Part shown: positions 39,601 to 48,300 of the stretch, piece after piece
Layout of the letters: the number at the start of each line of letters is the position of its first letter
Position numbering within the stretch: the first letter of the stretch is position 1
Assembly: GCA_965219415.1 (NCBI GenBank)
Contig: CBDCNP010000002.1
Span: 1,248,001 to 1,312,000, forward strand
Reading direction: 5' to 3'
Origin: Candidatus Marinacidobacterales bacterium
GTDB lineage: Bacteria; Acidobacteriota; Vicinamibacteria; Marinacidobacterales; DATDRI01
Length of the DNA stretch: 64,000 nucleotides
Notes under the pieces: generated by a model
Told to the model about the DNA's origin: nothing
The model's database searches: none
What the model saw: the letters and a program-made list of their open reading frames with translations, nothing else
Translations under genes and position numbers: made by a program

Positions 39601-40851
39601 GAGCCCGCAACGCAGGCGGTGGCGTCACTTCAGCGTAACGGCTCGCCCCCACCGTTCCCCGACATCACCACGCGCCTGCCCGCAGGTTGGCGCGACAGCG
39701 GCAAGCCCCTCGTGCAGTGGGACACCCCGATCCCTCCCGACGAGGCCTTCGAGATCCTCGCCAAGATGTCCACGTTCCCCGAGACCACCGTCTACAAGCT
39801 CGGCGAAAGCTATCTAGGCAAGGATATCTGGGCGATGGATCTGATGCCGCCGATAGAGGCCTCCCACTGGTCCCACGCCAAGGCCACCACGCTCAAGCCA
39901 ACTATCATCTACTCCGCGCGGGAGCATGCCAACGAGATCTCCTCCACCAGCCACGTGCTGAAACTCACCGAGCGTCTCCTCACCGACGAGCAGTTCCGCC
40001 AGAAGCTCAACAAGGCCAACGTGGTGGTCCATCCCATCACTAACCCCGACGGTGCGCAGCTCGCCTACGATCTGTACGAAATCACACCCGATTTCATGCT
40101 CCACGCCGGGTACTTGGGGGCCCTAGGCGTGGGGGTGCAGGAGGCGCACTGGGACCCCGATCCCATCTACCCCGAGTCCCACAGCCGCCCGAAGCTCTGG
40201 AGGAAGTGGCTCCCCGATATCTACCTCAGCCCCCACGGCTACCCCCACCACGAATGGGTCCAGATGTTCTCTGAGTACGCTGCATGGGTTCGCAAACGAA
40301 CGACCGAGTCCCACGACTGGTGGGCGACGCGAGGCTGGTACGCCAACATCCGCTACATCGAGGACCCGAAGTACCCCCGCCACAAGGAGGCGGCCTTCGA
40401 GATCCGCGAGAAGGTCACCCAGTACATCAGCGCAGAGCCCGAGGTGATGGCCCTGAATCGTCGAGCCTACGACCGCTACCGCCGCTGGGGCGTCGCCTTC
40501 GACCCCGAAAGCTTCAGGCTCGACTTCACCAACGGCGTGCTCGCCTACACCGCCATCAAGGGTGTGAAAGCCGGCGAGGGCAACGACTTCATGAACAAGA
40601 ACCCCAAGGTAACCATCTACCGGGGTGGCACCGAGGGCCCCGACGAGACCGCCTACGGCGATTGGCTGAAGGTCGTGGCCACCGCGGGCTTCCAGTTCGA
40701 CCGGGCCAACCTCGACTACCTCGTGGAGGGCAACCACGTCGTCGAGCGCAAGAGCGACATCTTCTTCCGCGGCATCCACTTCAGCATGCATCGCGCACGA
40801 CCGCCAGAGAAGAAGGACGAGCCGTCGCCCACGACGAGCGATCGCCCATAA
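36610..40851 (+). CDS. Giant exported protein with C-terminal M14-like zinc peptidase domain, paralog 2
   Basis: AAGGAG then ATG at 36610; signal peptide; AREHANE, PITNPDG, SPHGY, TEGPDE. Confidence 0.85.
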   Translation: MRQVTYRVPRGATLLVAIVLLAVSGAAVPVLQTAPQDSLTGLEGIFSTGPVLQDRNGDELVDFVEAAIVLGEAPTAQEVAAAADIAARMGHETMAMNVPVASEPGAAATGILVGNGAVARAGLRAADAGVQGLSPGEGVVRMVSGSGRSWVVVAGADDAGTRAAADAFAQRLPHVWDPKGPELSDVAQDVETFLGEQGVRTESSEVAGVRVKAGEPGFRLLEVEVQLGSPSDLNRARGALEELVRARPGVASGAAARLSYPGARVLRVALSAQGADAAEVEVPKVESVPTEGPIPPRPGSKAKVKLDLSSVYTNDGFLGDSDENLIPDRIDVLLSPSGEGIEGTVDLAARIGLESAGVQIPVAQVPEAIEDPEGAPTLVLIGTDHPLVQQLVQKGKLQLPSLEPNQGLIQVVPKAFKDKSAVVITGGDGPGVARALRQVAERFPNVWERGKDRTTIEGVEENVYRFLSGRSPAGQAATALYKLDSLVQELSGKDLESAHVVVSVEKPADGLEGIVRQHAEALGAGSLEVTIDNRDVENAAIIYEEEFEVASEVAEFWEIFRSEIVPEVRRGQPVVIEARLSEPPEIRTEIEAKARAELIAAGAAESGTEVRVLSAYKQGYSWLHDVVGPALKGQKVGKLTIRFAENGPPPEWKQQAMYAKSRWLMETYPIDEVLARQLGLELDQIGFEMMPIGAPTYEAIATAPDGSELLRENFEPKYVLRSYFDPLPDYEKVRVTTGWLTARVGGDTVVDRRIITDVERFWDHYQEKTLQGIYDYVMELTEGNPRSEDAPHFGKLVVELTLSEPNYLVGVDREIIASMESVHEDLYFTTLHFFDVLGQYARGEGLDFPGRVIPIMRPKGDGKAGRAKITFTGFASPRPAVVVKYTERGGGEGKVRRDIRRVDLERPQALAATVRDGRDGIERLELRVKVDTEMDQRAELLKRARVEEVDRRIMSAQQVTALVDNLSRLQQAGLYRDALAYHDLGELRIAAGWEYEVEPATQAVASLQRNGSPPPFPDITTRLPAGWRDSGKPLVQWDTPIPPDEAFEILAKMSTFPETTVYKLGESYLGKDIWAMDLMPPIEASHWSHAKATTLKPTIIYSAREHANEISSTSHVLKLTERLLTDEQFRQKLNKANVVVHPITNPDGAQLAYDLYEITPDFMLHAGYLGALGVGVQEAHWDPDPIYPESHSRPKLWRKWLPDIYLSPHGYPHHEWVQMFSEYAAWVRKRTTESHDWWATRGWYANIRYIEDPKYPRHKEAAFEIREKVTQYISAEPEVMALNRRAYDRYRRWGVAFDPESFRLDFTNGVLAYTAIKGVKAGEGNDFMNKNPKVTIYRGGTEGPDETAYGDWLKVVATAGFQFDRANLDYLVEGNHVVERKSDIFFRGIHFSMHRARPPEKKDEPSPTTSDRP

Positions 40852-40922
40852 AGGAGGCACACCGAGGAGGCGGTCACAGTCGCTGGCCAAGGTCGGCCGA
40901 AACCGACAGAGGGGGTGTATCG

Positions 40923-42101
40923 ATGACAAATAGAGGAAGCTTCGGTCTAAAGGCTACGCTTTTCTCGCTCCTGGTCGCGACGGCATTCATATTGCCGCGA
41001 CCGGGGGAATCCGGTGCCCAGAACGATGCCACAGTAGAACTTCTCAGGGAGCTGACGAACGCGCACGGCGTGGTGGGATTCGAGGGCGAGGTCAGGGACA
41101 TCTTGAGACGGGAGTGGGGAGGGTTACTGACCGATCTTCGTACCGACGGCGTCGGCAACTTGCTAGGCGAGCTGAAGGGGCAATCGGAATCGCCGCGGGT
41201 GCTGCTGATGGCTCACTTGGACGAGGTCGGTTTCTTGGTGCGATACATCGATGAGGATGGCTTCATCTACTTCAATAACGTCGGCGGCTATTTTTCTCAG
41301 AGCGTGCTGACCCAGCGGCTCTCCATACTGACTCCGAACGGCCGCGTTCTCGGTTACACCGGAATGAAGTCCGGGCACATCCTGCCACGAGCCAACCGCA
41401 TGGCGATGGTCCCTTTGGAGGACATGTTCATCGATGTCGGTGCGCGCAGCCGGGAGGAAGTAGAACGAATGGGTATTCGGCCGGGGCTTCCGATTACCTA
41501 CGCCACCGACTTCCAAGTACTGAACGGGACGAGCCGTTACTTGGCAAGGGCTTGGGATGACCGTGTCGGCCTTGCGGTGATTACCGAGGCACTGCGGCTG
41601 CTCAAGAACCGTTCCCATCCCAACAATGTTCAAATCGCGGCGACGGTACAGGAGGAAATCGGCCTTCGAGGCGCCTCGGTGGTGCAAGCAAGCACCCGCC
41701 CCGACATCGTGATCAACTTGGAGATTGGGATCGCGGGCGACTTTCCACTGCTGACCTCGCCAACTCTTTCTCAGGAAGCCTTGGGGAAAGGGCCGGGGAT
41801 CTTCGTGTTCGATGGCAGCATGATCCCCAACAACAAGTACGTGGATTGGATCATCCGGCTCGCCAAAGAGAACGATATTCCCTTCCAGTTCGAGTCGGTC
41901 ACCGGGTACGGTGAGGATGCTTCGATGCTACAAAAATCGGCGCAGGGCATTCCCGCCGTGAACATCGGCGTCCCTACCCGCTACGGACACAGCCAATCGG
42001 GCGTGATCGATCGCGCGGACTACGACAACACCGTCAAGCTGGTGGTGGCGATGATCGAAAAACTCTCGGCCTCGGAGGTGGAGGCGATTCGCTCATTCTG
42101 A
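40923..42101 (+). CDS. M42 family (TET-like) aminopeptidase with N-terminal signal peptide
   Basis: AHLDEVG, AWDDR, TVQEEIGLRGA, YGHS; ATG at 40923 after GAGGGGG. Confidence 0.9.
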   Translation: MTNRGSFGLKATLFSLLVATAFILPRPGESGAQNDATVELLRELTNAHGVVGFEGEVRDILRREWGGLLTDLRTDGVGNLLGELKGQSESPRVLLMAHLDEVGFLVRYIDEDGFIYFNNVGGYFSQSVLTQRLSILTPNGRVLGYTGMKSGHILPRANRMAMVPLEDMFIDVGARSREEVERMGIRPGLPITYATDFQVLNGTSRYLARAWDDRVGLAVITEALRLLKNRSHPNNVQIAATVQEEIGLRGASVVQASTRPDIVINLEIGIAGDFPLLTSPTLSQEALGKGPGIFVFDGSMIPNNKYVDWIIRLAKENDIPFQFESVTGYGEDASMLQKSAQGIPAVNIGVPTRYGHSQSGVIDRADYDNTVKLVVAMIEKLSASEVEAIRSF

Positions 42102-42167
42102 ACTTCAAGCTAAAGGGTTTCTGGCTTTTACGGTGGTGGGACCGACTCGCACTGAGCGCACCAGCTT

Positions 42168-43184
42168 TCACCGGCCATGATCACGTGATCCAAATTCAGA
42201 AGGGACCGTCACACCATAGGCTACTCGCGGTTCACGGGAAAACATGCCGGCCCTTGAACCTCGTGTGGCCGACGAACGAGGCGGCTTGCCCTTGGAACGC
42301 CTCGTCGACCTGGGCAGGGGCAAGGGCTTCTCGATCACACCAAACGGCCCTTCCCAAGTGAGGCGATTGGGAGCCCGCCCCTTGACCTTCAAACGCCCCT
42401 GCGTGATCGCAGCATGACACACCGCGCAGACGGTGTGTAAATTCCAAGTCTCATCGGGACCGCAGCGGGCCCGCGGAATAATGTGATTCGCGGTCAGAGA
42501 GGTTCGATTGCTACATCCCGGCCGAGTACATTTCCATCCGTCCCGTTCGGCGACCTGGCGTACGTAGCCGCCATCGGTTTCCGGGCCGTCTCCAAATGCA
42601 GGCGTCGTAGCGTAGCCGCAGAGTGCCTCAGCGCACATGAGATCGAAGACTTCGATGTCGCTCAATGTCTTCCCTGCAAGCCGCTCGAGAGCCTCTCGTG
42701 CCTGCTCCCAGGCTTCGACGCGATCGCCTTCGAGCACAAAGAAGAGCGTTTTCTTTGTCGTCGGCGGCTGCTTGCGTTTGACTTCCTGCTCGAGCTGACG
42801 GTTGCTCATGCTCTGGCACCGGTCGAGCCACTTGGCCTCCGTCTTGGGCGTCGCCACTTTGACGACCTCCCGCGCCTTCGTCCAGGGAATGTCGCCGCGG
42901 CGAAACGCTTTCTTCAATCGAGGCAGATCTTCGAAACGCTCGGCCATCTTGACCAGCGAGCGAGTCTTGCGATCTTCGAACCCCAGTCTTTCTCGCGCGT
43001 AATCGACGGTCGAGGCGAAACCATATTTGACGTAGAGCTGTCGGTTCTCGACCTCCTGGAGATAGAAGCACAAAACGGACTCCACGCGGCGGTGCACACG
43101 AGCGGCCGCGACGAGGCGTCGATCGACCTCGCTCGGGGGAAGACCTTTTTCCATTTCGAGAGCGGTTTCGGCAGGGAGGGACAT
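42168..43184 (-). CDS. HNH endonuclease with DUF222-like N-terminal region
   Basis: ERDGWKC..PGC...NHIIPR..G....NL.TVCAVCH; N-terminal YVKYGFAST..YARERLG...G.IPWTK; RBS AAAAGGAG. Confidence 0.8.
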   Translation of the reverse strand: MSLPAETALEMEKGLPPSEVDRRLVAAARVHRRVESVLCFYLQEVENRQLYVKYGFASTVDYARERLGFEDRKTRSLVKMAERFEDLPRLKKAFRRGDIPWTKAREVVKVATPKTEAKWLDRCQSMSNRQLEQEVKRKQPPTTKKTLFFVLEGDRVEAWEQAREALERLAGKTLSDIEVFDLMCAEALCGYATTPAFGDGPETDGGYVRQVAERDGWKCTRPGCSNRTSLTANHIIPRARCGPDETWNLHTVCAVCHAAITQGRLKVKGRAPNRLTWEGPFGVIEKPLPLPRSTRRSKGKPPRSSATRGSRAGMFSREPRVAYGVTVPSEFGSRDHGR

Positions 43185-43190
43185 GGCGCT

Positions 43191-43367
43191 TACTCCTTTT
43201 AGAATGAGTAGGTTATTACGAAAACGACACTCTTAATATAGGAGTAAGTTCAGTGAAAGTCAATACACTAAGGCCCGCCAAACATATGAAAAAAAAGGAG
43301 TTATAGAAAAAATAAAACTGCTGAAGGAGCGAGCGTACCAGCTAAACTATTGAAAATTAGACGCTTA
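43191..43367. repeat. Three imperfect 25-bp AT-rich palindromic motifs (TAA-N4-TT-N7-AA-N4-TTA type)
   Basis: 43191 TACTCCTTTTAGAATGAGTAGGTTA; 43279 CAAACATATGAAAAAAAAGGAGTTA; 43343 TAAACTATTGAAAATTAGACGCTTA. Confidence 0.45.
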
Positions 43368-43402
43368 AACCGGCTGCTACGATCGTCTTCTCAACAGTGC
43401 CC

Positions 43403-45200
43403 TTAGGAGCAGTGGGAGTGCCAGTCGAAGCTTGAGGGGACGAAGGGCTTGGCGCGGGCCCGCTCGCTCAAGCGCTTCGGCCCAGCCCGGACTGAAGCGT
43501 CGGGACCAAGCACGGCGCCGTAGGCTTCGGACACGCAGTCGTCGAGCTCGCGGCAGGCCTTCGAGTCATCGTCGCGATAGTCGTTCCACAGCACGACGAA
43601 GCCGTCGGCGCGGGCCTCGACCTTGATTGCCCCGGTGGCCGTCACCGACAGCGTGAAGGTAGGCGCCGCGTCGGGGCCGAGCTTTAATTCCTCGCCCCGT
43701 CGAGATAGACCCAGGCCTCGTGACTTCCCGTTCCACGCTGCAGCTCCGAAGTACGCCTGCGAGCGGCTCTCGGGCGACAGCGATCGGGCCCCATGGCTGC
43801 GCCCCTCGGCGTCGAAGTTGAAGCGCTGCGCGTACAGTCCCATCATGTCCGCCGGATCGTCGCCGAGGGTGCCCGAGTCGGACCATGCGAGGTCGAGGAT
43901 ATCGCGCTCGAAGCGGGCGCCGGCCAGCGAGTGCGAAGGATCGAACTCGAAGTGAACGGGCTCGCCGAGAGGTTGGCCATCGGCATCGAGGCGCTGCATG
44001 ACCCCGCCCTCGCTCGCACCTTGCTCGAGCCATACGGCCAGTAGCCCGGGGTCGTCGGGCAGCAGCACGAAATCCGTGAACTGCTCAGCGAGGTGGCTAG
44101 GTGGACCGAGCGGCTGACCCGAGCGCGCGAGCATGCTCAGCTGTAGCCCACCGTGCTCCTCGTCACCCTCATGAAGCAGTGCGACGCGATCACCGCGCGC
44201 GACGAGTTGCGTGAAGTAGGGATTGCCGGGACCGCCCTGGATGACCCGCGTGCCACCGACGACAGGCATGGTGCCGTCGAGCATGACCGGGAACGCCTCG
44301 ACGCGCCGATCGCCAACGGGCCCCGGCGTCGCGACTACGAGCAGACCGCTCCCGACGGCGACGACACTTATCCAGCCAACCTCGTCGCCCGATCCGCGTA
44401 GGTGCAGGGCGTCGCCGCTCGCTGTCAGATCGCCGTGTAGCGCCTGCAGCCAGATGTTCCCGCCGCGCTGCCGCTCGCGGTCGACGACTCGGTGTCGGTA
44501 GTCGCTGAATACTAGCCAAATTCCGCCATCGTCGCGGGGCAGTAGCCTAGTCGGGGTGACGTCGGCGTGCTCGTGGTTGGCGTCGGCCGCTAGTTGGTCG
44601 GCGGGGCATTTCCACATCGCAAGGTCGCCGCCGGTGATCTCGACGTCGACGGGGTTAGACACTAGCTGTAGCGGCGTCGCGCCCTCGATGCCCTGGGCGA
44701 GATACCGGACCCGCAGCAAGTAGCTCCCCGGTCTCGCGCTCGCCATTACTTCGTGGCTCCTGCGCGCAGTTGGACCGCTTCGCAACGCCGCGACCGCACC
44801 AGGCATCACCTTCACGAGGTCAACCCACGGCCACGGGGTCGAGAGTCCCGCACCGCAAGGCGGGCGCGAATCCGAGAGGATCTGGGATCTCTGCGCCGCT
44901 TTGATCGGTCCATTCGAGTTCGTAGCGAGGGCTGCGGGCAAGCTCCCACGAGCCGTAGATTGGTCGCACCAAGGTCACGCTCTCGCCCGAGTCATTACGC
45001 ACGTGCATCTCGAGCGCGAGTTCGTCCCCCACGCCGACGCGGGCATTCGCGCGCAGCTGCAGGACGACGTTGCTGGCGACATTCGGCTGTAGCCCGCTGG
45101 GCTGCTTGGTCGCGACTGGCAGGCTTTCGGTGTCGCGGCGGCAGGAGACGGCGGCAGTGAGCGCGACTAGCCCGAACGCAATGCTTCGGTGGATTCGCAC
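43403..45200 (-). CDS. Hypothetical lipoprotein (beta-sandwich + propeller-like), frameshifted near 44825
   Basis: Lipobox-like AAVSC; CGTLDPVAV joins VDLVKVMPG after a 1-nt shift; repeated (Q/M)RL..xGQPLG.P units. Confidence 0.6.
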
Positions 45201-45385
45201 CCTTCCAGACTATCAAGTTTGGCTTGCGGGGGCATCACGGACACAAGGGCTAGCGCGTAGCGCAGGTCTCGTGCCGGTCAAGCTGCTCGAGATCGAGCAT
45301 CGGGACAACAGGTGTGGCTCAACCGGCCCGGTCGATATGTGCATAAGCGTACCGAGGCGCCGGCGCGCGCGAACGTGGGAAGAAT

Positions 45386-48300
45386 CTATTGGGTTTCCTC
45401 CTCCTTCGGCTTCGGTGGTCGGGGACGGTGCATGCTGAGACTTATTCCATCAAAGAACGTCTTCGTGCTCCTTTCCACGACGTGGTCCCCTTCGACCAAG
45501 TGGTCCAGGTTCGCTTTGTCCCACTGTAGACCCGCGGTCGCGACGAGCTTCATCCAATCGCCGTAAGCGGTCTCGTCAGGCGCTTCGGTGGCCCCGTAGA
45601 AGATCGTCACCTTCGGGTTCCTGACCATGAAATTGTCGCCCACCGTATCTCTGGTACCCGGATCTGCTTCCCATCCCTTGATCGAACTGTAGATGAGCAC
45701 GTCATTGGTGAAATCCAACTTGAAGTTTTCTGAATCGTGGGCGAAGCCAAAGCGCCGGTAGCGATCGTAGTTCCGCTCGTTGAGGGCCCTGAGCTCGGGG
45801 ACGGCGTTGATGTACTCGGTGATCCGCTCGCGGATCTGGAACGCCGCCTCCTTGTGCCGAGGATACTTGGGGTCGTCGAGGTAGTTGAAGCTCGGGATGA
45901 ACCAGCCGCGAGTCCCCCACCAGTCGCGGGATTCGGTGGCTCGATTGCGCACCCATGCGGCGTACTCCGAGAAGAGCTGGACCCATTCGTGCGAAGGGTA
46001 CCCATGAGGATTGAGAAAGATGTCCGGGAGCCAGGTCTGCCACAACTGCACGCGGTGCTTCGATTCTGGATAGATCGGATCGGAGTCCCAGCGGGTGACC
46101 AGGGTGACCCCCAGTGGGCCCAGGTACCCGGCATGAAGCATGTAATCGGGGGTGATCTCGTAGAGGTCGTACGCGAGCTGGGCACCATCCGCGTTCGTGA
46201 TGGGGTGCACCACGACGTTCACCCGGTCGAGCTTCTTCCGGAACTCGGGATCAGTCAAGAGCATCTCGGAGAGCCTCAAGAGGTGGCTCGTCGACGATAC
46301 CTCGTTGGCGTCTTGCCGACCGGAATAGACGATGGTGGGCTTGAGCGTGGTGGCCTTGGCGTGGGACCAGTGGGAAGCCTCGATCGGCGGCATCAGGTCC
46401 ATGACCCAAATGTCCTTGCCGAGGTAGCTCTCGCCGAGTTTATAGGCGTTGACTTCGTCGAAGGTCGACAGTTTGGCGACCAGCTCAGCCGCCTCCGGCG
46501 GTGGAATGGGCGTATCCCACTGGACGATGGGCCCGCCTTCGTATCGGTATCCGCTAGGCAACTCGGCGCGGATATCGGGGAAGGGTGCCGGCGTTCCGCT
46601 CTGGTCGAGTGAGATCCGTGCCTCCGTTGCCGGGTTGACCTCGTGTTCCCAGCCAGCCGCGATCGTCAAGACCCCGAGGTCGTGATACGCCAAGGCGTCC
46701 CGGTACAAACCCGCCCCCCGCAGGCCCTCCAGGTTGGCGAGAATCGCCTTCACTTGCTCGGCCGAAAGGATCTGTTCGTCGACCTGCTCGGCCCGCTTCC
46801 GCTTCACGAGCGCGTCGCGTTCATCCGTCTCGCTGTCCACCTTGACACGCAGGTCGAGTCGCTCGAGACCCGGGTGGCCGACCCGGACCCGAGCGGCCAT
46901 CGCCTTTGGCTTCTTGATTTTGACTTTGGGAACGTCGAGGCGCGCTTCACCACGGCGACCGCCGCGCTCGGCGTAGTCGATGACGACCGCCGGACGGTTG
47001 GTACGGAAACCGGAGAAAGTGATCTTTGCCTGCCCCGGCTTGCCGTCTCCCTTGGGACGCATGATGGGGATGACGCGCCCGATGTAGTCGAGCGCCTCGC
47101 CGCGGGTAAAGCGGCCCAGGACGTCGAAGTAGTGGAGGGTGTGGAAGTAGATTTCCTCATGCATCGCCTCCATTGAAGCGATGAGCTCCCTATCGAGGTC
47201 GATCAAGTAGTCGGGCTCGCTCAGGGTCAATTCCACGACGAGCTTCCCGAAATGAGGCGCGTCGGACTTCCTGGGCTTGCCCTTGGAATTCTTCATCACG
47301 TAGTCGTAGACTGCCGGCAGCGTCTTTGCCTGGTAGTGGTCCCAGAAGCGCTCGACGTCGGTGACGATCCTGCGATCCACGATCGTGTCGTTCCCCACCC
47401 GAGCGGTGATCCATCCGGTGGTCACCCGGACTTTCTCGTAATCGGGGAAGCGGTCGAAGAACGACCTCACGACGAACTTGGGCTCGAACGTCGACCGCAA
47501 GATCTCGGTCCCATCCGGGGCGGTGGCAACCGCCTCATAGGTGGGGGCGCCGATGGGCATCATCTCGAAGCCGATCTGATCCAAATCGAGCTTCAGCTCC
47601 CTCGCCAATATCTCGTCGATCGGGTAGAGCTCCAACATCCACCGCGACGGGGTGTTCATCGCCTGTTGTTTCCACTCCGGCGGAGGCCCAGACTCGGCGA
47701 ACCGAATGGTCAAATGATCGATCGTTTTCCCTTCGAGCGCCGGACGCACTACGTCGTAGAGCCAGCTGTAACCTTGCTTGTAGGCGGAAATAACGGTGAC
47801 TTGGGTGCCCGCCTCCGCGGCACCGGCGAGGATCAGCTCCGCCTTTGCCTGGCCTTCGATCTTCGCCCGGACCTCCGGCGGCTCGCTCAGGCGCACTTCG
47901 AGCACTACCGGTTGCCCCCTCCGGACTCCCGAAAGGACCTTAGAGCGGAAGCTCGTCCAGAAGTCGTCCACCTCGGAAGCCACCTCGAACTCCTCCTCGA
48001 AAATGATCGCGGCCTTCTCCACATCCCGGTCATCGATGATCACGTCCAGGGAGTCCGCGCCGAGTGCTGCGGCACGCTCTCGCACTACTTGCTCGAAGCC
48101 GTCGGCGGGCTTGTCGACGGAGACCACAACGTGGGCCGATTCCAGATCCTTCCCCGAGAGCTTCTCGGCCAACTTCTCCAACTTGTACAGCGCGGTAGCC
48201 GCCTGCCCGGAAGGGGATCGACCCGAAAGGAAGCGTCGCGCGTCCTCTTCGATGCCATCAATCGTGGTCCGATCCTTGCCGCGCTCCCAGACGTTGGGGA

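Noticed and set aside
40284-40922. N-terminal extension of the 605-aa ORF, suggesting a fused M42 protein
   Set aside because: Out-of-frame overlap with M14 #2; an RBS and signal peptide support the start at 40923
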